Part shown: in pieces, positions 52,512 through 63,199 of the stretch
Layout of the letters: every line of letters starts with the position of its first letter
Numbering within the stretch: position 1 is the stretch's first letter
Source of the DNA: Azolla caroliniana
Taxonomy: Eukaryota; Plantae; Polypodiophyta
Assembly (NCBI GenBank): GCA_043228905.1
Contig: JBHGNT010000017.1
Coordinates: 14,012,001 to 14,076,000 of the forward strand
DNA: 64,000 nucleotides
Reading direction: 5' to 3'
Position numbers and translations under genes: made by a program
The notes under the pieces: generated by a model
What the model saw: the letters and a program-made list of their open reading frames with translations, nothing else
Databases searched by the model: none
What the model was told of the DNA's origin: nothing

Positions 52512-55500
52512 CAGTTATGAACAACACAAGATGGGGGATGAGTAAGTATGTTAAATTAGCATTATCATCATCATCAAATACAAAAATACCCACAATGAGG
52601 TATATATAGATCTCATGTGCAAGGGTGCACATGTGTGAGGAGAATATAGGTACAACTTTGTAAGTCCTATATTAAATGACCTTATGGGTCAATATTGGCC
52701 TCTCTATGGACACTAAAACTATCTATCTATCTATGTGTAAAGAATTAGGTAAGTAATTAAGCAAGGATTAATTAGTATCTAATTATGTGATTAGTTGATA
52801 AGCGGAAGATTAAGTGATATGTGTGTGTATGTGTGTGAGAGGAAGAGAGAGAGAAAGAAGAAAGATATATTAACGTCTTCTAAGGCCAAAATTGGCCCAT
52901 GAGACAAAAGGTGTACAACAAAAATGGGATATTTACCCATTCATCGAAAGTAAAAATAAAAATAAGATAAAATAGGGTTTAAGCTAAATAGTTCTAAGAA
53001 AACAACAAACATGTTCTATATAAAAAAACATGTTCTACAATGAGAATGATTCTATACTAGGCCTAATTTCATTTCCATCCAAGTCTCTCGAAGAGAAGCG
53101 GGGGGTCAAAGGGTTGCCATGATGTGGATGTGGCCCGTGGTCCCCATGTAAGAGGTACCCCAACCATAGCTTCGAGTCGACGTAGCTCACGTTCCCTTAT
53201 CTTCTTAATCTTTTCTACTCCACGTTGACTTGTGTTGAAGCCCAACATCCGAGGACGTTTGGTTGCTCTTTGTATTTCTGCTTCCTCAAGGGAGAGGCCG
53301 AGCGGCATAAGTGTATCCACATTCATCGTCTCCCCATGTTCCTGAAAAATTACACTAGGTACATGTTGATGAGTAGTAAAAGGGTTATGATTAACACTTT
53401 GTAATTTATCCTCCCTATGTTGTTTTAGCTCTAAGATATACCTACCTAGTCTCTTTACACTCGGGGTATCTAATAGTTTGGAGAGGGTGGGAGAGGGTCC
53501 TAGTATGTCTTGGTATTCCGCCCGTATCTCGGCATAAGTTGGGCACTTGCATGTGAAGTGATACTCATCCTCTATCTCTATGTGGCATAACCTACATAGC
53601 CTTTCCTCTCTAGGGACTCTATTAGCTCGACCATTCTCAATCTCAAGTTGGTGAGATGATATCCTAAGTTGTCCAATGGCCACCCTTAGTGCATTTGATA
53701 AGAAAGTATCTAGGTATCTTGGTCGTGTAATAAACCCTAACTTAGAGAAGTGCAAGAAGTGTTCCTTATAGTACACCATTTTAGATGGGAGTGGCTCTCG
53801 TGGGGTGATCCATTTGTATCGAGTGTAGATTTGCCATATTTCTTGGCGTATCACTTTATTACGATCTTCACGAGAGATTAAAGTTTGATCAGTCCCATGG
53901 TTGTACTTAAGGGGAGGTAGGTTATTAATGTCTATGCCATTTGCAAATAACCAACTCACCACAATGCTATACCAAGAGTTGGTGTCTCCAGACACATGTA
54001 AGGATCGGGATGCCTCAAAGGCTCGACGGGATATCCTATCTTGTGGTTGACTATGTATCCGATGAATAAAAGCTACCACTTGAAAGAGTGCTTCTACTAA
54101 CATCGGGGGTAGGCTAAACTCCGCTCTAATAATGTCATGTGGTACTGTCGATTTGCTTCGGAGTTGACGTGATAACATCACCACTAAAGGTCTCTCCAAT
54201 TGCGTCCACATGAAAGATGGTAGACCTGGAGCCCATACTACTGATGCATACATGAGGGACGGGGTCACTAATGAGTCGAAAAGCCATCCCTTAGTCCGTG
54301 GCTCTTGAAAGTATGCTTGGTGGCATTGTCTCTCTAAGAGTGAGAGGGATGCATATCCTCTCGTTAGCCTATCTTTGGCTGCCTGGGTCATCGAGAATTT
54401 ACCTGAGCGAGCACTAAAAGTGACTCCCAAGTATACATAAGATCCCACCACCTCAACTAGTTTATGAGAGAGGATGAGGTGACATTTACTCCTAACTCTG
54501 GACGATGTATGAAAGATAAGGACTTTAGTTTTCGCTAGATTCACTACCAGTCCTCGTTGTGTACAAAAGTCATCTAGGGCATTAAGATGCTTTTGTAGGT
54601 TGTGTTCCGACTCCGAGAGCAAGACAATGTCGTCTGCGTAGAGTAAGAGACTAACTTGCGTATCCCCAATAGCCACTCCTTTGCCTCCCTTACGAGCAAT
54701 AAAATCAGTGATCTCATCAATGTAGATCCCAAAAAGAGTCGGTGATAGGGGGCAACCCTGTTTTACACCAATGGTGCTAGTGAAACAATCGGATAGGCCA
54801 CCTGGGCATCTTACGCGCCCATAGACTTGCTCATATAGGGCATAAATGGCCCAAATCATGTCATTTGGTATCTCCAAGCTCTTAAGTCTATCAAACAACC
54901 TCTCCCTAGGAACTGTATCAAAGGCTTTGCGAAAGTCCACAAAGCAACAATATAGTTTCTTCTTACGAGCCTTTGTTTGGTCAATTAAGCACCTAAGTGT
55001 GAAGATGTGGTCAATAGTGGAGAAGGCTCGTCTAAAGCCAGCCTGCTCAGGTGCTCGAAGACTTAATGTTTCCATATAATCACTGAGCTCCGCTTCCATT
55101 ACTGCACCATATAGTTTAGCAAGCGTATGACCTATCATAATGGTCCTATATGTATTTGGGTCCATTGGGTCCCCTCCTTTATGTATAGGGGCCACAGTGT
55201 TCATGGCCCATTGTGGTGGAAAACCCTCGGCGAGGGTGCGGTTGAAGATTAGAGTGAGAAGGGGAGCTAGGCACTTTCGAGCATATATGATGTGCTCGGC
55301 TCGCAATCCTGTGTGGTCCATGGATTTCCTATGTTGTAATTTTTTTATGACCTTCGTGACCCTAGAGGTCGTGAAAAGTGTCCCCATGGTAGGTCGAGGT
55401 GTGGAGGGCATTGGAATGGGTGGTTGGTTCGGGACATGGTAGAGTCTCTCGGTATATGTGTGCCAAATATTGGGATCCTCGATGGGTGTTTGTGGTTTCG

Positions 55501-56438
55501 GTTCCCGTAGTCTCTTCCATGCAAGGGCACAATCCCTACTCATGAGCATATGGTAGAGTTCCCAATATTGAGATGCTTCCCAAGCTCGTCTTTTACGACG
55601 TGTCATCTTGCGCATCTCTTTGCGAGCCTGTACTAAGGAGATAGTACCACTGAGTCGCGATACTTTAAGTTGTCTATACAACTCTCTACAATCCTCGTCA
55701 TACCACTTGTTTTGTGGCATAGACCCTATTCTACTATGATTGGAGTCTTTCGTGTATGGGAAGCTACTAGTGGCGGCTGAGTGAAGGATGTGTGTGAGTT
55801 CTGTAGTGAGGTTCTCTAAAGGCAAGGAAGAATCAAACGAGGAAAGATGGGCTTGAACATGTCGAGAGTAGATGTCCGCGAGCTCATGCGTGAAATGTAT
55901 TATAGTGTGATGGGTTGGTTTACTAGAGTTGGTGGTGTGGGAGGTGTCACATTTTAGCTCAAAGTATAGGAAGGTATGGTCTGCCCCAATGGGGCATGGG
56001 GCCACCCGGAAGGAGCTAACCAGGTGGGTAGCTTCAGGGCGTCCTATTAGATAATCAACGGTGCTTTCCCCTCCTCCATGTGGGAAACATGTGAGCTCCT
56101 CCGAGCCCGGCCACTTGGCTAAGCCATTATATATGATCATCTGGTGTCGGCTTCCAAGTTCAAGCAGATGATGGCCAAAGCTTGTGGCATCCGCACCTTG
56201 ATCCTTCGATGTACGTGTTATGCCTAAGGCTAAAGGGTCGACATTCACCATTTCTAGGTTTCTATCCATCTGAAATATTGTGCATTGTCGGGACTGGGTT
56301 CTCGCATTGAAATCTCCTACCAGGAAGACTTCCCCTTGAGAAGAATATCGGATTATGTCATCCGACAAAGGTTCGTATGGAGAAGGCCCATGTGGCGTTC
56401 CTTCATCAACTATACTCGCCTCTCCAGCCATATTGTAG

Positions 56439-56482
<44 letters not shown>

Positions 56483-56799
56483 CAGTTATGAACAACACAA
56501 GATGGGGGATGAGTAAGTATGTTAAATTAGCATTATCATCATCATCAAATACAAAAATACCCACAATGAGGTATATATAGATCTCATGTGCAAGGGTGCA
56601 CATGTGTGAGGAGAATATAGGTACAACTTTGTAAGTCCTATATTAAATGACCTTGGGAGTGGAGGATCTAGAATATCCTACTTAAGTACAAGGTCCTATT
56701 TAAGATGCTATAGACAACACTTCTAACTAGATTCTATCTAGGTAACTACGAAGTTACATGGTTGAATAACTAACTCTAGTTGAGCTTGATCTCTTAACG
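52363..56799 (-). mobile_element. Copia solo LTR (family of 39920-40409) with a 373-bp tandem duplication and a LINE insertion
   Basis: TSD CTATG (52358-52362 and 56800-56804); the duplication repeats 52311-52683 from 52684; the LTR resumes after the (GA)n at 56441. Confidence 0.85.
53069..56431 (-). CDS. LINE ORF (partial APE endonuclease, RT, C-terminal CCHC), RTEX/CR1-like; element about 52845-56440
   Basis: 1120 aa uninterrupted: VGDFNAR, STVDY, ADH, EQAGFR, FVDFRKAFD, VKQGCPLSP, LLYADD, CRLC..EDEYHFTCKC. GDFN falls near residue 40, so the APE domain is 5'-truncated. Confidence 0.93.
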   Translation of the reverse strand: MAGEASIVDEGTPHGPSPYEPLSDDIIRYSSQGEVFLVGDFNARTQSRQCTIFQMDRNLEMVNVDPLALGITRTSKDQGADATSFGHHLLELGSRHQMIIYNGLAKWPGSEELTCFPHGGGESTVDYLIGRPEATHLVSSFRVAPCPIGADHTFLYFELKCDTSHTTNSSKPTHHTIIHFTHELADIYSRHVQAHLSSFDSSLPLENLTTELTHILHSAATSSFPYTKDSNHSRIGSMPQNKWYDEDCRELYRQLKVSRLSGTISLVQARKEMRKMTRRKRRAWEASQYWELYHMLMSRDCALAWKRLREPKPQTPIEDPNIWHTYTERLYHVPNQPPIPMPSTPRPTMGTLFTTSRVTKVIKKLQHRKSMDHTGLRAEHIIYARKCLAPLLTLIFNRTLAEGFPPQWAMNTVAPIHKGGDPMDPNTYRTIMIGHTLAKLYGAVMEAELSDYMETLSLRAPEQAGFRRAFSTIDHIFTLRCLIDQTKARKKKLYCCFVDFRKAFDTVPRERLFDRLKSLEIPNDMIWAIYALYEQVYGRVRCPGGLSDCFTSTIGVKQGCPLSPTLFGIYIDEITDFIARKGGKGVAIGDTQVSLLLYADDIVLLSESEHNLQKHLNALDDFCTQRGLVVNLAKTKVLIFHTSSRVRSKCHLILSHKLVEVVGSYVYLGVTFSARSGKFSMTQAAKDRLTRGYASLSLLERQCHQAYFQEPRTKGWLFDSLVTPSLMYASVVWAPGLPSFMWTQLERPLVVMLSRQLRSKSTVPHDIIRAEFSLPPMLVEALFQVVAFIHRIHSQPQDRISRRAFEASRSLHVSGDTNSWYSIVVSWLFANGIDINNLPPLKYNHGTDQTLISREDRNKVIRQEIWQIYTRYKWITPREPLPSKMVYYKEHFLHFSKLGFITRPRYLDTFLSNALRVAIGQLRISSHQLEIENGRANRVPREERLCRLCHIEIEDEYHFTCKCPTYAEIRAEYQDILGPSPTLSKLLDTPSVKRLGRYILELKQHREDKLQSVNHNPFTTHQHVPSVIFQEHGETMNVDTLMPLGLSLEEAEIQRATKRPRMLGFNTSQRGVEKIKKIRERELRRLEAMVGVPLTWGPRATSTSWQPFDPPLLFERLGWK

Positions 56800-58433
56800 C
56801 TATGTTTGTTTGTATGTGTAATTATTCATTGGTGTATAGGGTGTACAGTCCAAAAGGAGGGAGGCTTCGTGAAAGATCTCCACATGGAGATTAAGGGTAT
56901 GAGCTTTTGTGGAAAGAATCCACAAAATGTTTGGGCCTTTGTTGATTCAATCCACAAAAACTCTCTTCATCACGAACATCCTCCAATTAACGAAACACTC
57001 GAGTTTTCGGCTCGATGTAGTAGGTTTGATTCCCAACTCTCATAATTTCTCCACTTCGATGTAGAATATGCTATGGTGCTCGGATTTCCAAGCCAAAATT
57101 TTTGTTCCGATCCTGTTGGATGGATCCTTCATAATTTTGAGATGAAATTTTGCCTCTTACAAAAATAATTATCCTTTACATTGTCGTAGTGTAATTCGCA
57201 CACTATGTGAAATATGTAAATATATATATATATATATATCTGAATTAAGTACGCATAAATAAATAAAAGAAAATATTAAAAATATTTTTACATGCATAAT
57301 GATTAGTCTCTTCCATCACTATATAAGGAAGAGACAAAAGATGTATATGGTTGTTGATTTTTATAAGGTTTGATTAATATAAAATATTCGTGGGATTCAG
57401 TATTTTGCCATCTATTTCTCTCTTACAATCTAAGTATCAATTAATACACTATACTCGTGGGATTCGCGATTTTCATATCTTCTTCTTCCAATCTTTTCCT
57501 AACTAACATTATATCATATTCTTCTTTCTCCTAGTCCAAAACCCCAACGGGTCCCACCCGACTCATGCAAACGATCCGACACCGAAAGGCAAGACACAAG
57601 TGGTGAACCCGACGTGAAACCCGGGTGGCAAGGAGATAAAAAATCAACCGGAAACTAACAACATGATGGCAATGTTCGAGCGGATGCTACAAGAACAATG
57701 CGCGATGTTGGAGATTGCGGTGGCAGTAGAGCGGCTCGTGCAACGGAACGTGCAATTCAACGGGAAGGATGTGTTGCGATATTTGCGGGATTACAAGGCG
57801 GAAATGCTATAGTGCATAATATCAGAAGGATTATAGATGACATCCTTCAATTGGGTGGCTACGGATAGGCTTCAAGGGAGTATCCACGGGATACGACAAC
57901 AAAATCCGACGTGGGAAGCATTTGAAGAAGCACTAAAGACCACGTTCACCATCGAGGACTCCTCCAAGGCAACGCCAAGGGGATTCGAAGATTGGGTGGA
58001 AACACCAAACAAGGGGCTGAAGGTCCTCGATGTGTTTTCGGCATTCAAAAGTCGGTTCGAGAGGTTGTCCGTGAGAGATCAAGCTATCCTCGCACAGGAC
58101 AAAGTGATCATGTTCTTACGAGCCGTGGATGTCTAGGACCGGAAAGATCTTGGAATGCTTCTAGAGGACACCACTACTGAGAGTGGCCTCACCAATATAT
58201 GGGAAAACGTGTGGGATATCGTCGCGTGATACACAAAGAGGGGGCAATGGCTTGGTAGTGAAGAAAAGAGGGTTTCGGAACCAATTCCGAAACCAAGATA
58301 CGAATTGGAAGACCATCAACCGTGGGCTCGGGAGACTACGACCGAGAAGGGAATCGATGCAACCACGGTGGAGCAGTTGCTGAAGAAGATGGAGAATCTG
58401 AAAATCGCGATGGTGAAGAAGTCGGATGAACGT

Positions 58434-59062
58434 TGTCGTGAAGATCCGTCACTACGCGCGGATCGTGAGGCGGAACCGCCGGGGTTCTGGACCAGAAGGA
58501 TTTAGAGTCGATACAAGCTTTGGCGAGAAAGTACTTAAGATAGATTGGGAAAGAGAGAAGATGAGATTACACGATGGATTTGATAATGAAATTCTCCTTC
58601 TTAATATTCATAAAAAAAAACCGTGTTTTTCTCCTCCCCCTTCCCTCTTTTATAGATGTTCTCATGCATATGATGCATGTGAGGGTACAAGACATGCATA
58701 AATTGCATGTTTGCCATTTGGCGCTTAAGTATTACATGTGGTGCATGCTAACCATGTCACTCATTTTAGCACTCATGGATGAGAATTTACATGTAAAAGT
58801 ACAATGATAGAAATATAATTTCAACTAAATACTATGGCTTAATGGTAAGCCATTTGACTCCTAACTTGGAGGTGCAAGGTACGAATCCATACTTGCCCTC
58901 CTTGTATATGTATATATTTTTATATATTTATTTTATCTAGTCGCCGGTTCGCCGGATGCCGTCGCTGGATACCGGTGTCGCCACCGGATACCGACGCCGG
59001 ATACCGGTGCCGCCGCCGGAGCCGGATGCCGCCGCCGGATAGCGCCGAAAATCTTCACGACA
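58434..59062 (-). mobile_element. Gypsy solo LTR with a tRNA-like module (about 58828-58900, +)
   Basis: TGTCGTGAAG...CTTCACGACA; TSD ACGT/ACGT; A-box TGGCTTAATGG at 58835 and B-box GGTACGAATCC at 58878. Confidence 0.9.
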
Positions 59063-59504
59063 ACGTCCCACAAGTTCCAAGTATATGGACCGTCGATGCA
59101 TATGGTGCGATAGCACCGAACATGATCGGAGGGATTGTGACGAGCACAAGGAGGCGCTACGACGGGACCTTATCTACTACGAGGGAAATCAGATTCATTC
59201 GATGGACTCTCAGAAGCCACTCCGACCGAACTTCCAAAAAGGCGGCATGAAGGTCCTAGAGAAGGAAATAGCGGCGAAAAGCAATTATGCGACAACCGCA
59301 GGGATATGTGTGGGTGAGTCATCTGGAGCAAAGGTGTCTTTCTGGCCGGAAGTGCTAGAAAACCCTGAGAAAACTGACTCTAATGAGATCCGAAGCACCG
59401 TGGAAGGCATCCGAGAAGCTACGGGATGGGAGTGCCCCGTCGATAAGAATAGCATGTATGCCCTATGCCAATTACATGAGGTGTATGTAGATGAGAAACG
59501 ACGG

Positions 59505-60291
59505 TGTCGTAGTGTATTTCGTACACTACGTGAAAAAGTAAAATTAATATAACCGATTTAATTACATATAAATAAATAAAATAAGAATATCAAGATATTT
59601 ATCACGTGCATAGGGCAAGATTTGAACCTTGTACCTCCACGTAGCCAAACCTCAACTTTACCATTATGCTACCTTATCTTTAGTGTTCTATAAATAGATT
59701 TAATAACTATAAGTGCTTTATTTGCGCCTACCTTTATTAAAAGGTAAATCGTGCATTTTTTAGAGTGCGTGAATATTTTATAGAAAAACGCAAGCAACAA
59801 AAAAGTGACTCATGCACATCTAGCGTGCATGAGCACTATATTTAGCAAATAAAAGCAAGGATTAGAAAAGCATCACATGCACATTTAGTGTGCATGAACA
59901 TATGAGAAAAAGCATGTAGCTATGCTTAGTCTCTCCCATCACTACATAAGGATGGGGAGCACAATGTAATAGGGTGTGAAATATTTGGAAATTGGATATA
60001 TTTCCGAAAACACCAACCGATTAATATAATCATGGGATTCACGAAAATAATATAATCTATACTTGTGGGATTCACAAGTTTCTTATATCTTTCTTTCAAT
60101 CTAAATACATATTCTTATCTAAATATTGATTAATCGAATACAATACACTCGTGGGATTCACGAAATTTCTATCTCTCTTTCTAATAATCTATTCATTACT
60201 AGCCTCATCTCATATTCTTCTTTCTCCTAGTCCAAAACCTCGGTGGTTCCCACCCGACTCACGCAACGATCCGGAGCCGAAAGGCACGACA
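59505..60291 (+). mobile_element. Gypsy solo LTR with a tRNA-like module (about 59610-59678, -)
   Basis: TGTCGTAGTG...GGCACGACA; TSD ACGG/ACGG; minus-strand A-box TAGCATAATGG and B-box GGTTCAAATCT. Confidence 0.9.
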
Positions 60292-61524
60292 ACGGCGCAC
60301 GGATTATGCAATCGGACCATCAAAGACACCGGAGAGCTGGAACTCTGAAGGGAAAGGGAAAGGAAAAACAATTCCGACATTCAAACTCGCGTCGGACATC
60401 GAGCAACGAATGGACTTAAAAAAGGTGTTCAAGGAGAGAATCCTCGATAGCCAGGTAGATTTTGCGCTTCGGGAATTACTCGGAATAGCGAAGGAGTTCC
60501 ACGATCTACTTGTGGATCTCGTGAAGAGAAAAAGACAAAATATGGAGGAAAATGCTCCAAGGGTGAATGCAAATACAGTTCTAATGATTGACACTGAAGT
60601 GGAGGATGAACTTCCGAACTCCCACTACACAAGGCCACACTGGGCACGCGCAACTACAGAGACTCTGATCCGAATCGGAAACATGAAGGACCCCATACTA
60701 GCATTGATTGATCACGGATCGGAGATCAATTTGATGTCCAAGGAGTTCTACCGAGAGGGGAAGCGGCCTATTAACACTAATCATGGATGGAAGATCCGGG
60801 CAGCCACTAAAACAACAGAAGATTTATTTTGCGGTTTGTCCAGATGTGACGGTGAAGATCGGAGATGTGGAGATTGACCAAAATTTCTTCGTGCAAGATG
60901 AGGTCTCACACTCCGTGATCCTTGGACAACTCTTTATCACGGCTTCACGGATGGAGACAAAGGTGCTCAATAGCGGAGTGACTTTTGCACGAATTCAGAG
61001 CCAAAGCGGAGGGAAAACCGTCCAAATCCCTAATCGTGCCATCAAATCACAAAAGGAACAAGAGAGAGATCTTGTCCCAAACAAAAATGGATTTTTAAAG
61101 CGGACTGTTATGGAGTGGGGAAGTAATAGTCCGAGAAGCCCTGATACCCCACACAAGAAGAAAACTCTCGGAGCAAAACAAGTAGGAATCGGTTCGGATG
61201 GAGCATCTACGTACACGGCCGTAACCAAAGTAATGAAGAAAGAATTCTAAAAGGTGCAAGATGAGTTACGGTTTGCATCAATAATAAAAGAAGACGAAGA
61301 AATCGTGGGAATAGTCGAAGAAGTGTTCTACGAGAGCACGCTACAACAACTTGAAGAGCTAACAGAAGAGAATAGCCAAGGAGACCGGGTAGTTCCGGTG
61401 GAATCGGTTGAGATGTATGAGATCATTGCAAAAATGGGGCCGGATGTGCTCCGCAAAAAAGAAGCAATAGTATGTACGAATTATAAGACTGTGGAAAAGA
61501 AGGTGAAACCGGCCACGGGACCGT

Positions 61525-63199
61525 TGTCGAGGATATCCTCGCGAATGCGTAGAAGTCGGGCAGGACCATGGGGGTCGATCCCTGGGTCGGGAGCACTCGG
61601 TCGTCTGACGCGAGCAGGGGAAGCGCCTTCTTCTTGCGATCAGTCCTTGGTCCTTCTCTATATCCTTTCCTCTCAATGGCATCCCGAAGACAATCAAAGG
61701 TCGCCCCTTTTATAGCACAAGGAGCGACCGTTACAAGCATTCATGACCCATCACCTTTTGTCCTAGATTCTCTCCTCGTAACTCTCCCTACTTATGCAAT
61801 GTCTATATCTTCTTTAATGCTCTAACTACCTAGTACCCCTCCTTATACTCATGCCTAGTACTTATCCTATGTAATTCCCTCGAGGCGTGCACTCGCGTAT
61901 ACCAGTGTTCTTGTGCGTTTCACCTTGTTTACGCTTATGGCCCGGAATCTTCAAGACATCCACCCCCACTAAACCGCACATCCTCCGGTATGTGCCGGAT
62001 TGCGAATTTAGTGAGGGATTCTGGGCCATCGGTTACTCGTCATCCTCTCCTGAACTGGCACTTTCGGCTCCCGAGTTAGGTTCTGCTTCGTTCTGTCTCT
62101 TGAAGGCTTTTATCCACTTCCCAACCACCGGAGTCGCTACTCGCGTCCCATCGAGGTCCGCGAGATGATACGTCGTGTTGTCGTTGACGCTAGTTACCAT
62201 GTACGATCTGAACCAACGCTTCGCAAACTTACGTGTAGACCTATGCTGGTTGTCGAGGCTGTTGTCATAGACTAACACCCAATCACCTTCCTCGATCTTC
62301 CTTGGCCGAAGTCAATGCGTTCGGTCGAACCGGTCTTTGTTTCGGATCCGCGCCTCTTTCACCCTTGTCGTGCCTCATTCCACGTCTTCTGGTCTTCGCT
62401 CGAGTTGCCGGATTCGTGCCGCTAGCAGTTCTTTTCTGCTCATTTCGTTAGAACAATCGATTGTCGTCCACGAGGCGATCGTTCTCTCAACGGGCATGAT
62501 GGGTTTCGTTCCGTACATTAGTTCCGCCGGCATGTACCCTGTCACCGAACTGTGGGTGGTTCTGTCCGCCCATAACGCATATGGGAGAATCCTCGGCCAA
62601 TTGCCAACTCGACCTTCGCACGCGCGTACAATGGCCTTTACGATCAAACCGTGGCCCCGTTCAATCTTTCCGTTTGCCTCCGGGTTGTACGCCGTTGCGA
62701 GGGACAGTTTCACGCCTAACCGATAAAACAGTTCCTCGGCCTCTTCCCCATCTAGCTCTCCTCGGTCAGCCACAATTTTTCCCACGCACCCGTATCGGCA
62801 TACGACATCCTCGATCAGAAACTTACATACTGACGCGGTGGTCTTGTTCGTTAGTGCTCGTCCCTCTACCTGGTTGGTCAGGTCTTCTCTAGACACCACT
62901 AGGCATCGTTTCTGCCCTTCGCCCATCAGCATCGTCACTAAGTCAACCATCCACTTGAAGTGCATGGTCGGAGGATAAGTCAGGTGTAGTTCGTTGCGGT
63001 GCCGAACGACCGAGTGCATCTAGCAGCTTTCGCATGTAGACACGAAGTCGTGGACGCTCTTATACATGCCTGTCCACTAGTATTTTTCCTTTAATTTCTC
63101 GAATGTAGCCCACGTACCCCAGTGTCCAGACCAAGGGCTCTCATGGAACTCCGACATTAGCTTCTGTTGGTCATCTGTCCGCGTTATTACCCAGAGCAG
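61525..63199 (-). mobile_element. 3' part of a gypsy element (integrase, PPT, 3' LTR 61525-61958)
   Basis: FHESPWSGHWG..C-x2-C; ORF 62375-63019 (VDLV, VADRG, AYNPEANGKIERGH); PPT AGTGGGGGTGGA (minus) at 61959-61970. Confidence 0.88.

Larger units (their letters stand above)
57182..61524 (+). mobile_element. Ty3/gypsy element with a tRNA-Trp PBS (Phygy-like), decayed and host to nested LTRs
   Basis: 5' LTR 57182-57596; PBS TGGTGAACCCGACGTGA at 57601; gag; CIWCDSTEHDRRDC knuckle; protease ALIDHGSEINLM; YKTVEKKVKP; cut at 61524 by another element. Confidence 0.85.

Noticed and set aside
58828-58900. Functional tRNA genes at the A/B-box modules
   Set aside because: Acceptor and anticodon stems are not properly paired and all copies lie inside LTRs; reported as tRNA-like modules instead.
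61555-61590. B-box-like GGGGTCGATCCC in the 61525 LTR
   Set aside because: No A-box at the expected distance; not counted as a tRNA-like module.
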